A DNA stretch of 64,000 nucleotides from Actinomycetes bacterium (GCA_021791755.1 JAJYWA010000002.1:4007-68006), one strand, 5' to 3'. Counted from the stretch's first letter, positions 42,538 to 53,242 are shown. Made by a program: numbers and translations. The notes: generated by a model not told the origin, from the sequence alone.

Positions 42538-43491
42538 CTAGAGACTGCGCACTGCCGTGATCTCGTCCACGACCCTTGCAGCCTCATACAGCGGGTCATC
42601 GCGTGGATCGAGCCAGCGAACCCGGGGATCGCGACGGAACCACCGCCACTGGCGCCGCGAAAGCTCCCTCATTCCGCTCAAGGCCATGCGAGTTGCATCT
42701 TCGAGATCACACGACCCCGAAAGGCACGCGATCAGCTCCTTGTAGCCCAAGGCCTGTCGAGCTGTGCGCGACAGGCCTTGGGGGCGTGCAAGGAGGCGCC
42801 TGACCTCGTCAAGAAAACCCTCTTTCATCTGCATCGCGAGGCGCCGCTCGATGGCAGCTTCCTGCTCGCCGGGAGGATAACGGAGGCCAAGTATCCTGTA
42901 GCGACAGCGAGGGTAGCGCGCGAGACCCGGGCCGTAGGACGAGAACGGTTTGCCCGAGCCGATCGTGACCTCGAGCGCACGAACCAGCCTTCGCCTGTTC
43001 CCAGGATGGATCCTTCGCGCTGCTAGCGGATCTACGTTGACGAGGCGCTCGTACAGCTGTGCGATCCCGCCGCGCTCCAAGGATTCCCGTTCAAGCGACT
43101 CAGATATCTCCGGCCAGCGTCCCGGGATCCTGAGATCCTCCATAACGGCGCGCAGGTACAAGCCAGCCCCACCCACGAGCAACGGCACGTGGCCCTTGCG
43201 CTCTATGGCATCGAGAACCGCCTTCGCCGATCTCTGGAACGCGCTCACAGAGAGCTCCTCGGACGGGTCGAGAACGTCGACCATGTGCCAGGCGACAACC
43301 GAGCGCTCTTCGTGGGTTGGCTTCGCCGTGCCTATGTCCATCTCCCGGTAGGCGGCCATCGAGTCGATCGAGACGGCTTCGACCACCGGCCTGAGGTCCG
43401 CAAGCCGGCTTGCGAGAGCAGTCTTGCCTGATGCTGTCGGTCCAACCAACGCTATGCGCGCCGGGGGAACGGCTCCCGCTTCCGAGGTCAT
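42538..43491 (-). CDS. miaA: tRNA dimethylallyltransferase
   Basis: The motifs are IALVGPTASGKTALA...MDIGTAKP...HHM.D-like WHMVDV and LLVGGAGLYLRA. Confidence 0.9.
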   Translation of the reverse strand: MTSEAGAVPPARIALVGPTASGKTALASRLADLRPVVEAVSIDSMAAYREMDIGTAKPTHEERSVVAWHMVDVLDPSEELSVSAFQRSAKAVLDAIERKGHVPLLVGGAGLYLRAVMEDLRIPGRWPEISESLERESLERGGIAQLYERLVNVDPLAARRIHPGNRRRLVRALEVTIGSGKPFSSYGPGLARYPRCRYRILGLRYPPGEQEAAIERRLAMQMKEGFLDEVRRLLARPQGLSRTARQALGYKELIACLSGSCDLEDATRMALSGMRELSRRQWRWFRRDPRVRWLDPRDDPLYEAARVVDEITAVRSL

Positions 43492-44957
43492 CCGCCGCGG
43501 ACGGGGATGCGTCTCAGGTAGCGCGGCGCTTCGAGCACCTCCACGAACCTACCCATGAGGTGATGCGGGCTCGCGGATGTGATCACGACGCTGACGCGCG
43601 CCCCTGGCCTGACGGCTGCCCCGCTCTGCGTTCCGTTCTGTGCCCCAGGGCCCTCGACAACGCCCAATGCCGTGGCAGGGCCAGGACCCGCGACCTGGAA
43701 GTGGACCAGCTTGTTCTGGCGAGTTCTCCCGGTCCATGTGGACGGGTCCTTCTTGCTGCGAGCCTCCACAATGATCTCTTCGCGTGCATGCAAGCGAGCC
43801 TCGTGCTTGCGCAGCGACCAGCGCTCCACGAGGCTCACCAGCGCATCAAACCTCTCCCGCACTACGTCGTGGGGTACGAACCGCTCCGTCATCGACGTCG
43901 CCCTCGTGCCTGGGCGCGGGGAGAAGATGAACGTGTAGGCGCTGTCATAGCCGGCATCTGCCACAACCTCCAGCGTGCGATCAAAGTCTTTATCGGTCTC
44001 TCCGGGAAAGCCGACAATCAGGTCGGTCGTCACGGCTAGGTCGGCAATAGCGCCGCGTGCAGCTGCAAGACGCGCCATGTACCTCTCGACGTTGTACCCG
44101 CGCCTCATCGCGACGAGAACCGCATCGCTGCCCGACTGCAGCGGAAGGTGCAGGTGCTCGCAGACGCTTGGTGTCTCAGCCATTGCCGCTATCGTCTCCG
44201 GCCGTAGGTCCTTTGGATGCGGGCTCGTGAACCTCACGCGCTGGATCCCATCAACCGCGCCCACCGCCCGAAGCAGATCCGCGAAGAGGGGCCGCCTTCG
44301 AGTTATGTCCCGTCCATAGGAGTTGACGTTCTGGCCGAGCAGGGTAACCTCTGTGACCCCCCGGTCAGAGAGAGCTCTAACCTCCCGCACGACCTCATCG
44401 AAGGGCCGGCTCACCTCTGCTCCCCTGACCGACGGCACGATGCAGAAGCTGCACGAGTTGTTGCAGCCGCTCTGGATCGCGACCCACGCCGCGTGAGGCA
44501 GATCCTGGCGAACCGCCAGTCCTAGCGGAGCTACTGCCCCGTCCCACTCTTGCGCCTCGTCGTGCTCTACGATCTCGACCAGGGGACCTTCCACCGCAGC
44601 ACGGCGTAACAACGCCGGTGCTTGGCTGAGATTGTGAGTGCCGAAGACGACGTCCACGTGATCGGCCCGTGCGAGCACGAGCTCGCGGTCCTGCTGGGAG
44701 AGACAACCCCCGACAGCGATCTGGACCTCGGGCCGCTCTCGCTTGAGCTGCCTCAGCTGCCCGAGCCTGCCGTAGAGCCTCGTCACTGCCTTTTCACGCA
44801 CGCAGCATGTGTTCAATACCACGACATCAGCCTCTTCGAGCACCGCAGCCTGATCTAGGCCGTCTGCCCGGAACAGCCCGGCCAAGCGCTCGGAGTCGTG
44901 CTCGTTCATCTGGCATCCAAAGGTCTGGACGAAGAACTTGCCTCGGGCCTTGCTCAC
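43488..44957 (-). CDS. miaB: tRNA-i6A37 methylthiotransferase (radical SAM)
   Basis: The motifs are FFVQTFGCQMNEHDSE (UPF0004 domain), radical SAM GCNNSCSFCIVP, and a C-terminal TRAM region. It overlaps miaA by 4 bp. Confidence 0.9.
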   Translation of the reverse strand: MSKARGKFFVQTFGCQMNEHDSERLAGLFRADGLDQAAVLEEADVVVLNTCCVREKAVTRLYGRLGQLRQLKRERPEVQIAVGGCLSQQDRELVLARADHVDVVFGTHNLSQAPALLRRAAVEGPLVEIVEHDEAQEWDGAVAPLGLAVRQDLPHAAWVAIQSGCNNSCSFCIVPSVRGAEVSRPFDEVVREVRALSDRGVTEVTLLGQNVNSYGRDITRRRPLFADLLRAVGAVDGIQRVRFTSPHPKDLRPETIAAMAETPSVCEHLHLPLQSGSDAVLVAMRRGYNVERYMARLAAARGAIADLAVTTDLIVGFPGETDKDFDRTLEVVADAGYDSAYTFIFSPRPGTRATSMTERFVPHDVVRERFDALVSLVERWSLRKHEARLHAREEIIVEARSKKDPSTWTGRTRQNKLVHFQVAGPGPATALGVVEGPGAQNGTQSGAAVRPGARVSVVITSASPHHLMGRFVEVLEAPRYLRRIPVRGG

Positions 44958-46702
44958 ATGAACAGCTCGTCGACGATGATGCCGCGGCCTGCGCAGCTCG
45001 GACAGATCTGTGACAACGACTCTACAAGACCTTCCGAGACGCGCTTGCGAGTCATCTCCACCAGGCCGAGGGGGCTCACATCGAATACCTGCGTCCTAGT
45101 CTTGTCCCTTCCCAGCGCGGCCTTCAATTGCTTGACGACGTTGGCGCGGTTCTCCTTCTTCTCCATGTCAATGAAGTCGATGACTATTATTCCGCCGATG
45201 TCCCGAAGCCTCAGCTGGCGCGCCACCTCCTCCGCTGCTTCCAGGTTGTTCTTGTAAACAGTCTCTTCGAGGTTCGACTTGCCCACGTTGCGCCCCGTGT
45301 TCACGTCGATAACGGTCAGTGCCTCTGTTCGCTCGATGATGAGCGAGCCTCCTGATGGAAGCCAGACCTTTCGGTCCAGAGCCTTTTGAAGCTGCTGGTG
45401 CACATGGTAGCGCTCGAAGAGGCTCAAGCTCTCCACCGCAGTGTCGTAGAGCTCCACCCGATCGACGAGATCGGGGTTGGTACGGCCCAGATAGCTGCGC
45501 ACCTGCTCGAAGGTACGACGGTCGTCTACCACCACCGCGCGGTAGTCCCGGTTCAGCTCTTCCCTCACGACCCGGAGCGCAAGCCCAGGCTCTGAGTACA
45601 GGATCGCCGGCGATCGCTGACGATCTTTCTCTGCAACGATCGCGTTCCAGCGCTCGCTCAGCTCGTCCAGATCTCTCTGGAGCTCTTCACGTGACGCTCC
45701 TGCGGCCGCAGTCCTTACGATAACGCCCATACCGTCAGGCTTGATCGTCTCGATCAGTCGCCTGAGCCGCTTGCGCTCCTTGTCCTCGAGACGCCTCGAA
45801 ATCCCGAACGCCTTCGACGTTCCCGGTATAGCTACGAGGAAGCGCCCTGGTAAGGACACCTCTTGAGTAAGGCGAGCTCCCTTCGCTCCGATTGGGTTCT
45901 TTATCACCTGACAAACAATCGTCTGGCCTGCTCTGAGAACCTGCTCGATCCGCGCAGAAGGCGCGCCAGCCCCGTCAAGCAGGTCGGCGGGGTCATAGCG
46001 TATGTCGCCCCAATAGAGCACGGCGCTCTTCGGCGTGCCTATATCGACGAAGGCAGCCTCCATGCCCGGAAGCACGGTCTCGACACGTCCCAGGTAGATA
46101 TTGCCGTCTATCTCTGAGGACGATCCCTGAGCACGCGAGACAAGATGCTCGACCAGCGACCGTCCCTCGAGGACTGCGATGTGCGACACATCTCCTTCGA
46201 CGTGCACGCACATGAGGTAGCGGCCGAGCCGCCGACGTCCTCGTCCCGCACCAACCGTCTCTTCGTCGGCCCCTGTTCTCTGCGCTGCCGCTGGCTCCTC
46301 GACAGCGCCACGGCCCTTGGCCTCCGTTGAGCCCGGCCGCTCGCTGGCGCCAGCAGCGCCCGATCTCCGCCGGCGGCGGCGCCTGGGCGACCGCGCCCCT
46401 TCGGAGCTTGCATCTGTCCTCGCAGCTGGACCCACAGCTGCACCACGGGCGGCTCGCGAACGAGCATGCGCCGGACCCTGGTCGGGGGCCCCGCCCGACC
46501 CCGGCTGAGGCAACTGGTCGCCTGGGCCATCGACCTCTCGGTTCACAGGTGCGGGCCGGGTATCACCAATCCTCGGCTTGCGGACCACGTCACCATCGTC
46601 AGGCTTGTACGTCCCTGGCGTCCCGGCTACCGAAGCGCCGGCATCCGGCGCCTCCGTATCGTCTGAGCCTCGCTGCACGCGGCCCGCGGTCGACTCTGGC
46701 AT
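44954..46702 (-). CDS. rne: Ribonuclease E/G family endoribonuclease with an Arg/Pro-rich N-terminal extension
   Basis: The S1 domain reads GNIYLGRVETVLPGMEAAFVDIG. The catalytic region reads GGSLIIERTEALTVIDVNTG...NLEAAEEVARQLRLRDIGGIIVIDFIDM. The Zn-link is CPSCAGRG. Confidence 0.85.
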   Translation of the reverse strand: MPESTAGRVQRGSDDTEAPDAGASVAGTPGTYKPDDGDVVRKPRIGDTRPAPVNREVDGPGDQLPQPGSGGAPDQGPAHARSRAARGAAVGPAARTDASSEGARSPRRRRRRRSGAAGASERPGSTEAKGRGAVEEPAAAQRTGADEETVGAGRGRRRLGRYLMCVHVEGDVSHIAVLEGRSLVEHLVSRAQGSSSEIDGNIYLGRVETVLPGMEAAFVDIGTPKSAVLYWGDIRYDPADLLDGAGAPSARIEQVLRAGQTIVCQVIKNPIGAKGARLTQEVSLPGRFLVAIPGTSKAFGISRRLEDKERKRLRRLIETIKPDGMGVIVRTAAAGASREELQRDLDELSERWNAIVAEKDRQRSPAILYSEPGLALRVVREELNRDYRAVVVDDRRTFEQVRSYLGRTNPDLVDRVELYDTAVESLSLFERYHVHQQLQKALDRKVWLPSGGSLIIERTEALTVIDVNTGRNVGKSNLEETVYKNNLEAAEEVARQLRLRDIGGIIVIDFIDMEKKENRANVVKQLKAALGRDKTRTQVFDVSPLGLVEMTRKRVSEGLVESLSQICPSCAGRGIIVDELFM

Positions 46703-47168
46703 TGTATTGAACTGTCCCTTCTCATGCGCGCATACCTGCGCGACGAACCTAGCCCTCCGGGCTGAGTGAGCCCACCCACCACAACTGCCGCGAGCGGCAG
46801 CCGGCAGAGCATGTGCAACATCCCGGAGGCGCGGGCGGCCGACGGAGAAAGCAACCTCTTGACGCGTCGGTTCCCGACTCTTAGAGCACTCGGCGAACGA
46901 CCATGCAAAAGTGGCGCGGGATGGATGAAGCCAGCCGGCTCGCGAGCTTCATCGCACTCGTTCACGGTGCCCGTCCCGTCGGCATGCACCACGGCAGATC
47001 GCATCTTGGCGCCAATCATACTTCGTCGACGCTGCGACCGCCTTGCTCTCAGCCCGATTGCGACGGTACCGTCCGAGAGCCACGCGCTTCGTCCACTCTT
47101 CCAGTCGCCCCTCCGGCGATCCTGCCGCTTCCAAGAGCACCACGGTCTGGGGCGCTCGCCCAGCCTGG

Positions 47169-49307
47169 TCATCTAGAGCCGACCATACGGGAGCGGGGAC
47201 GCGATCGTGGTCGATCGATCGCCAGCCGCTGCGTTGACAAGCCAAGGCCGCCGGACGGCCGCCGGGGCGAAATGCGTGCTGCAGCAAGAGAACCATGCGA
47301 CCCCTGTGAGCCCTGCGACAACGACACGAGGGCTGCGCCCGTAGGCAGCGTCGGTGGTCGCGGCGGATGACCGATGAGGTACTGGAATATCGATCTCGCT
47401 ATGGGACCTGCCCCGGTGGCGCCGTAGCCGCCCTCCTTCACCACCACGCAGACCACATAACGCGGCGTCGACGTAGCCGGGGCGAACCCCACGTAGAGAG
47501 CGTTTGGCTGCACGCCATGGGCCACGCTCGCCGTGCCCGTCTTGCCCGCTATCGGCAGCTGGGAGTACGGGTACCCGAGGAAAGTCCCATACCCAGTCCC
47601 ATATGGCTTCGTGACCTCGTGCTCGAACCCCGTGAGAATCGTGGAGTGCACCCCGGGGGCGTAGGTGACATGTCCCGTCACCACCGGCGGAAAGGTCTTC
47701 ACGACGTGCCCGGACGCGTTGACCGCAGCCTCGGCGACTCTTGGCTGATAGCGGGTGCCGCCGTTGGCGAAGGTGGCGAACGCGTCTGCGAGCTCGATCG
47801 GCGTGATAAGGGTCTCGCCCTGGCCGAACGCCATCTCGAGGTTGTCGCCCACGTACCAGCCGGAGTAGGGAAATGCCGTTGGATCCTGCGCATGCTGGCG
47901 CGTGCGAAGGGCCGGGCTGTCTATCTGGCCCTTCACCTCACCTGGAAGCGGGATGCCGGTGATCCGGCCTAGCCCGTACAGGTGCGCCATGTTCTGGATG
48001 GGCATCGGACCGTAAGTGCTCCTGTTAACCCAGAAACGGTATCCGAGCGTGTAGAAGAAGACGTCATCGGATGCAGCTATAGCCTTCGTTATCTGGATGG
48101 GACCAAGGGACTCACCACCCGCATTGTGGAAGCTGCACTTGCCGGAGCATGCACCAGGTATCTGGAAGTACCCCGGGTCGTTGATGTAAGTGTAGGGAGT
48201 TATCAGTCCGGAGTCGAGCGCCGCGGTCGCGGTGGCGAGCTTGAAGGTGGAGCCTGGCGTGTAAAGGCCCGCTATCGCCCTGTTGAACAGCGGATCGTTA
48301 TTTGCCGGGTTGGTCAACGCGGAGTAGTTCGCCTGTGATATCCCCCCAACCCACTCGCTCGGGGAGTAGGTGGGGTACGACGCCATCGCCAGCACCGATC
48401 CGTCCTGAGGGTTCATCACCACCGCGGCCCCCGAGGGAGCTGGCAGGCCCTGGGAGTGGAGGTGCGCGATGCCTTGAGCCAGGGCGGCGTCCACATACTG
48501 CTGCAAGTGCAGGTCAACAGTGAGGACAATGCTGTCGCCAGGCGTGCTCGGAGTCGTCTTCAGGGTGCCGACGACGTTGCCGAGCGCGTCCACCTCAAGC
48601 TGGGTCTTGCCGGGAGATCCCCTGAGCCAGCGCTCGTAGCTTGCTTCCACCCCAGCTTGGCCGATCAAATCGCCCTGCTGGTAGCCGTACTTCTTGTACG
48701 TCGCCAGCTCGGTAGGCGTTATCTGCCCGACGTAACCGAGCAGATGGGCTGCAGCCGTGCCATAGGGGTACTCCCGCTGAGTGGACAAGGTCACAGAGAC
48801 GCCTGGGAAGAGGCTCTGGTTCTCCTTGAGGTAGAGAACCTCGTTGAGCGGCACATCCGTCGCGACGGGCACCGGCTGGTAGGCGCTGTACTGCGAGTCG
48901 CTGAGCGCCGCGTCGATCTGCGCCTGGGTCATTCCGAGAAGCGCAGCCAACCTGCCCACGACCTGCGGGTACTGCTGTGCCTCCAGGCGGCTCACGGAGA
49001 TCGAGTCGGTGACCGCATTGCCCACCATGACCTGGCCGTTGCGCGAAAGCACCAACCCTCTCGTAGGAGGCACCGGCACCACCCGCACGTGGTTCGCGAC
49101 AACTACTTGCTGGTAGCTGGGACCGCTCAAGACCTGCAAGTACCACAGCCGCGTAGCGACAGCGGCAAAGCACAGGACCACCACCACGCCGGTCACTCTG
49201 AGGCGCAGGCTCGCGTTCGGACCACGACGCCTCCGAGATCCTGCGCGGCCGCCGGCGACCGCGGCACGGGTACGCCTGGAAATCCGAGCCTTTCGCGGGC
49301 TTCTCAT
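47169..49307 (-). CDS. mrdA: Penicillin-binding protein 2 (elongasome transpeptidase)
   Basis: 712 aa with an N-terminal TM helix. The motifs are SxxK STFK, SxN-like and KTG(T) GKTGTA. It lies directly downstream of mreBCD. Confidence 0.85.
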   Translation of the reverse strand: MRSPRKARISRRTRAAVAGGRAGSRRRRGPNASLRLRVTGVVVVLCFAAVATRLWYLQVLSGPSYQQVVVANHVRVVPVPPTRGLVLSRNGQVMVGNAVTDSISVSRLEAQQYPQVVGRLAALLGMTQAQIDAALSDSQYSAYQPVPVATDVPLNEVLYLKENQSLFPGVSVTLSTQREYPYGTAAAHLLGYVGQITPTELATYKKYGYQQGDLIGQAGVEASYERWLRGSPGKTQLEVDALGNVVGTLKTTPSTPGDSIVLTVDLHLQQYVDAALAQGIAHLHSQGLPAPSGAAVVMNPQDGSVLAMASYPTYSPSEWVGGISQANYSALTNPANNDPLFNRAIAGLYTPGSTFKLATATAALDSGLITPYTYINDPGYFQIPGACSGKCSFHNAGGESLGPIQITKAIAASDDVFFYTLGYRFWVNRSTYGPMPIQNMAHLYGLGRITGIPLPGEVKGQIDSPALRTRQHAQDPTAFPYSGWYVGDNLEMAFGQGETLITPIELADAFATFANGGTRYQPRVAEAAVNASGHVVKTFPPVVTGHVTYAPGVHSTILTGFEHEVTKPYGTGYGTFLGYPYSQLPIAGKTGTASVAHGVQPNALYVGFAPATSTPRYVVCVVVKEGGYGATGAGPIARSIFQYLIGHPPRPPTLPTGAALVSLSQGSQGSHGSLAAARISPRRPSGGLGLSTQRLAIDRPRSRPRSRMVGSR

Positions 49308-49484
49308 CTACCTCGGCCACCCAACTGGGCCGACCAACTCGGCCGACCAATCAGGTACAGGCTCGCTCCGAGCACGCGACATGGGCTCCTGGTCTTCACG
49401 ATCTTCGAGGCGGCTTTCATCGATCATCATCTGCGTTCATCTCCGAGTGGTCAAGGAGCGAGGACGGCGGTCACCTGCGAGCAA

Positions 49485-50075
49485 TCAAGCACTTCTCCAC
49501 CTGCTCTCTGGGACCACCACGTTACGCGCTGTGCGAGCAGAACCGGGAGCGCCTCGACGCGCCGCCGGCCGCCTCCGGTGCGAGGCGTCACCGACAGCCC
49601 ATGAGACTGCCTTCAACACAGGCAATGCCAGGACGCCATTGGCAATCGCCACGACCGCCACTATAGCGACAGTGCCATTCGTGAGCATCGCGGGCTGACC
49701 GAGTATTCGGCCCAACACCGCGAAGAACGCCACCTGAACCGCGCTGGCGCCAGCGACTACAAGCGGAACCGGCCACTTCACCTGCGACTGCTGCCCGTTC
49801 GGCTTGAGCGCCCCGACATAGTACGCAACCACGGTGAGAGTCAGTGCGGTAAGGCCGAACGGCGTCGGCAGGAAGACATCCGTGAGCAGTCCTATCACAA
49901 AGCCCGCCACCGCGCCCTTCTCGGGTCCCTCGAGGTAGGCGATCAGGAGCGGGACCAGCAGCATTGCATCAGGATGAGCATGATCTATCACGACGCCATC
50001 GAGGATGGTCCTTTGGATCGTCAGCACGAGCAGGACAAGCAGCGCCAAACGGAACCTACTCAGCATGCTCATCAA
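49485..50075 (-). CDS. mreD: Rod shape-determining protein MreD
   Basis: 196 aa and polytopic. It holds the third position of the mreBCD cluster. The assignment rests on position and hydrophobicity, since MreD sequences are poorly conserved. Confidence 0.65.
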   Translation of the reverse strand: MMSMLSRFRLALLVLLVLTIQRTILDGVVIDHAHPDAMLLVPLLIAYLEGPEKGAVAGFVIGLLTDVFLPTPFGLTALTLTVVAYYVGALKPNGQQSQVKWPVPLVVAGASAVQVAFFAVLGRILGQPAMLTNGTVAIVAVVAIANGVLALPVLKAVSWAVGDASHRRRPAARRGAPGSARTARNVVVPESRWRSA

Positions 50076-50145
50076 GCGCCCTCATCCAAGTCGCCTGCTG
50101 GCGCGACCGTTGCTGGCACCACTATTGCGACCGTTGACCGCAAGA

Positions 50146-50982
50146 TCATGGCGGCGGCTGCCATTCAAGCACGTCCACGTACTGGAGGTGGCTCAGGTCC
50201 GCCAACGGCTTAAGCTCTATACGTTCCTGCACGGCTCCCGACGATGAACTGAACGACGACACCCGACCCACCGGCACTCCGGGCGGGAACAGGGCGTTCT
50301 GCAGCCCGCTCGTGAACATCACCTCGCCCTTCTTCAGCGCCGTCCCCGGCGGCACGTAGCCGACCGTGAGCGGGTGGCCTGCACCGGCGCCGCTCGCAAC
50401 CCCGAGGACTCCGCTGGGGCCGAACCGAACCCCGACGCTCGAACGCGGATCCGTTACAAGCAGCACCGTCGCGCTCGACGACGACGCCTCGATCACCCGC
50501 CCAATCAACCCGGCGCCTGACACTACCGACATGCCCACGTTCACTCCCTGGGACCTGCCCTTGTCAATGACCACGGTTAGCTCGAAGTTGGATGTCGCTC
50601 CCCCGACCACCTCGGCCATAACGCTCGGCAGGTTGCCTGCCCACGCGAGATGCTCCTCGGAAAGGAGCGCCTTCAGCTTCCTGCGCACATCCACGGACTC
50701 GATATAGCGCCGCTCCAGGCTGCCGTTCTCGGCGCGAAGCCGCGCGACTGACGACTCCAACGATCTGTAGTGCGCCGCGCCGTCGAAAAAGCTCCCCACC
50801 GGCCTCAGCAGTGACTCCATCCCCGACTGCAACGGTGCGAATGCATCTCTCGCTCCCGACTTCAAGCTCTCCACCACATGGCGAGTACTACCACGGTAAT
50901 AGAGCGTGACTATCGTCACTGCGGCGAGCAGCAGGAGCAGGAGGGTATGCCGCGGCCGCCTCGGTCTACTAAGGATTGCCAC
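50146..50982 (-). CDS. mreC: Rod shape-determining protein MreC
   Basis: 278 aa. It has an N-terminal TM helix, a coiled-coil (LESSVARLRAENGSLERR), and a beta-rich C-terminal domain (GMSVVSGAGLIGRV..., FTSGLQNALFPPGVPVGRV). Confidence 0.8.
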   Translation of the reverse strand: MAILSRPRRPRHTLLLLLLAAVTIVTLYYRGSTRHVVESLKSGARDAFAPLQSGMESLLRPVGSFFDGAAHYRSLESSVARLRAENGSLERRYIESVDVRRKLKALLSEEHLAWAGNLPSVMAEVVGGATSNFELTVVIDKGRSQGVNVGMSVVSGAGLIGRVIEASSSSATVLLVTDPRSSVGVRFGPSGVLGVASGAGAGHPLTVGYVPPGTALKKGEVMFTSGLQNALFPPGVPVGRVSSFSSSSGAVQERIELKPLADLSHLQYVDVLEWQPPP

Positions 50983-51101
50983 CTTGAATCCTCTGGGACC
51001 TCAGCTACCGCGAGGACGCCGACGACGCCACCGGCAGGCAACGTCTTGATGGCGGCGTCTCGCGACGCAAACGACGTTCCCAGGCAAGGCCCGGGAGATC
51101 A

Positions 51102-52142
51102 TCACCGGGTACCGGAGGAGTACAGCAGGCCCTCGAGCGCGTCGAACTCCTCCAGGCACTGCCCGCTGCCGACTGCGACCGAGTTCAGCGGGTCGCGAGC
51201 GACCACGATCGGCATGCCTGTCTCCTCATGGATGCGCATGTCAAGGCCGTGCAGCAACGCTCCACCCCCGGTGAGAACGATCCCCTGCTCCATGATGTCA
51301 GCCGCGAGCTCAGGCGGCGTCTTGTCCAGGGTCACCTTCACAGCATCGACGATCGCGTTCACCGGCTCCTCAATCGCGCGCCTGATCTCCTGCGTCGTGA
51401 TGACGATCGTCTTCGGAAGCCCGGTTATGAGATCCCGCCCTCGAATCTCAGCATGCAGCTCTTCATCCCGCGCGAAGGCCGAGCCAAGGGCCATCTTGAT
51501 CTCCTCTGCGGTCCTCTCGCCGAGCGCAAGGCTGTACTCCTTCTTCATGAACGCGATGATCGCCTCGTCCAGCTCGTCGCCACCGATGCGCACGGACTGG
51601 CTCGTCACAATACCGCCGAGAGAGATGACGGCCACCTCCGTCGTCCCGCCGCCGATGTCGACCACCATGTTGCCGGTCGGCTCGTAAACTGGAAGACCTG
51701 CCCCGATCGCGGCAGCCATAGGCTCCTCGATGATGTAGGCCTTGCGCGCCCCCGCGTACTGCGCGGCCTCGAGAACAGCGCGCTGCTCGACCCCAGTGAT
51801 GCCAGACGGCACGCAGATCACCATCCTCGGCTTCGCGAAGCGGCGCTGATGCACCCGCCGGATGAAGTACCGGAGCATCTTCTCGCAGATCTCGAAGTCT
51901 GCGATGACACCGTCCTTCAGCGGGCGGATCGCTTGGATGTGGCTCGGCGTACGCCCGATCATGCGCTTGGCCTCGAGCCCAACAGCAAGAGGCTTGCCGT
52001 CTTTGATGTCTATCGCGACGACAGACGGCTCGTTCAGCACAATCCCTCGTCCATGAACGTAAACGATCGTGTTCGCCGTCCCAAGGTCGACGGCCATATC
52101 TCTTCCCATCAAGGAAAAAGCATTCTCACCCATGGGAGTCAT
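51102..52142 (-). CDS. mreB: Actin-like rod shape-determining protein MreB
   Basis: The motifs are [15 protein letters not shown]...[44 protein letters not shown] and [19 protein letters not shown] precedes the ATG. Confidence 0.95.
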   Translation of the reverse strand: MTPMGENAFSLMGRDMAVDLGTANTIVYVHGRGIVLNEPSVVAIDIKDGKPLAVGLEAKRMIGRTPSHIQAIRPLKDGVIADFEICEKMLRYFIRRVHQRRFAKPRMVICVPSGITGVEQRAVLEAAQYAGARKAYIIEEPMAAAIGAGLPVYEPTGNMVVDIGGGTTEVAVISLGGIVTSQSVRIGGDELDEAIIAFMKKEYSLALGERTAEEIKMALGSAFARDEELHAEIRGRDLITGLPKTIVITTQEIRRAIEEPVNAIVDAVKVTLDKTPPELAADIMEQGIVLTGGGALLHGLDMRIHEETGMPIVVARDPLNSVAVGSGQCLEEFDALEGLLYSSGTR

Positions 52143-52179
52143 CTCCCCTCTCGTCTCGTCTAGTCACCACTTCAACCAC

Positions 52180-52213
52180 TTATTAGCCTCTACGATTTAT
52201 TAGCCTCTACGAT
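52180..52213. repeat. Perfect 17-bp tandem duplication (ttattagcctctacgat x2), AT-rich, 38 nt upstream of the mreB ATG
   Basis: The units span 52180-52196 and 52197-52213. On the mreB strand each unit reads ATCGTAGAGGCTAATAA. Confidence 0.9.
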
Positions 52214-52487
52214 CCACACCTTCATCGGGCATCGGGACCTTCCTCGGCGGTAGGTAAGCCTGCGAGACCCTGGAGCGCTTACAACGAGAGGCATCCCTCT
52301 GTTGACACTGACACCGGCAACTGCCGGATCAGCCTGCTGACGAGCCTAGCGGACTACGCCAAACGCCAAGGTTACGGCAGAAACCAGCCCATGACAAGGC
52401 GGCTCGAGGCCGCCCTCTGCTGCGACGAAGCAATAGAGCCCCCCAGCTGGACAACTAGCGATATTCCCAGTGACCACGCCGCTGCAG

Positions 52488-52916
52488 TCAGGCACGCTGC
52501 TCCTCTGCCGGAAGGCCAGGAAAGAACAGCGCTATCTCCCTGCCGGCAGAGCCTTCCGAGTCCGAGCCATGGACCAGGTTCTCTGTGAGCGAGATCGCGA
52601 GATCACCGCGAATAGTGCCAGGTCTCGCCTCGGCGGGGTTGGTCTCTCCCATCAGCGTGCGAAGCACCTGCCAAGCGCCAGGGGGCCCTTCCAGCACAGC
52701 CACGACGGCCGGCGATCTCGTGATGAACCGCACCAGCTCCTCATAGAACGGCTTGCCTTCATGCTCTCCATAGTGCCGTCGAGCGACGCCTTCGTCGATA
52801 ACACGGAGGTCGGCGGCGACGAGGCGCAGCCCCTTGCGCTCGACGCGCTCCAAGATCTCCCCCACTAGTCCCCTTTCAACGGCATCGGGCTTTAGTATCA
52901 GCAGCGTACGGCTCAC
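52488..52916 (-). CDS. ndk: Nucleoside diphosphate kinase
   Basis: From the GTG at 52916 the protein reads (M)SRTLLILKPDAVERGLVGEILERVERKGL...YGEHEGKPFY...TNP....PGTIRGD......N.VHGSDS. The maximal ORF has a 30-codon non-homologous extension. Confidence 0.9.
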   Translation of the reverse strand: MSRTLLILKPDAVERGLVGEILERVERKGLRLVAADLRVIDEGVARRHYGEHEGKPFYEELVRFITRSPAVVAVLEGPPGAWQVLRTLMGETNPAEARPGTIRGDLAISLTENLVHGSDSEGSAGREIALFFPGLPAEEQRA

Positions 52917-53242
52917 AGAGCGGAGACGATAGCGTACCGGCCACGGCTGCGCACAACGACCGGGTGGAGACGTCGCGAGCGGGACCTCGCGAGCGGGACC
53001 TGGCAAGCGGGACCTGGCAACCGGGCCCCGAGCCGCTGGCGACCCACAGACGCCGCCGTCTCGGATCCAGGATCTTGCGCCAGGCGCTGGAAACGCCTAT
53101 CATGACCATATTGGGTGTGGTGGCGCGAGCACCATGCCTATGGCACGGAAGCGACCTGCCGAAACGGGCATCCGGCCATGAACCCTACAACGGGCACCCT
53201 ACGACGGCAAGAACAAGAAATGGCTGAGGAAGTGAGGAGCTG

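Noticed and set aside
46627-47172. A 181-aa minus-strand ORF in the position where rodA would be expected
   Set aside because: It is Arg-rich with no transmembrane helices, whereas RodA has about 10. It overlaps both the rne start region and the pbp2 stop.
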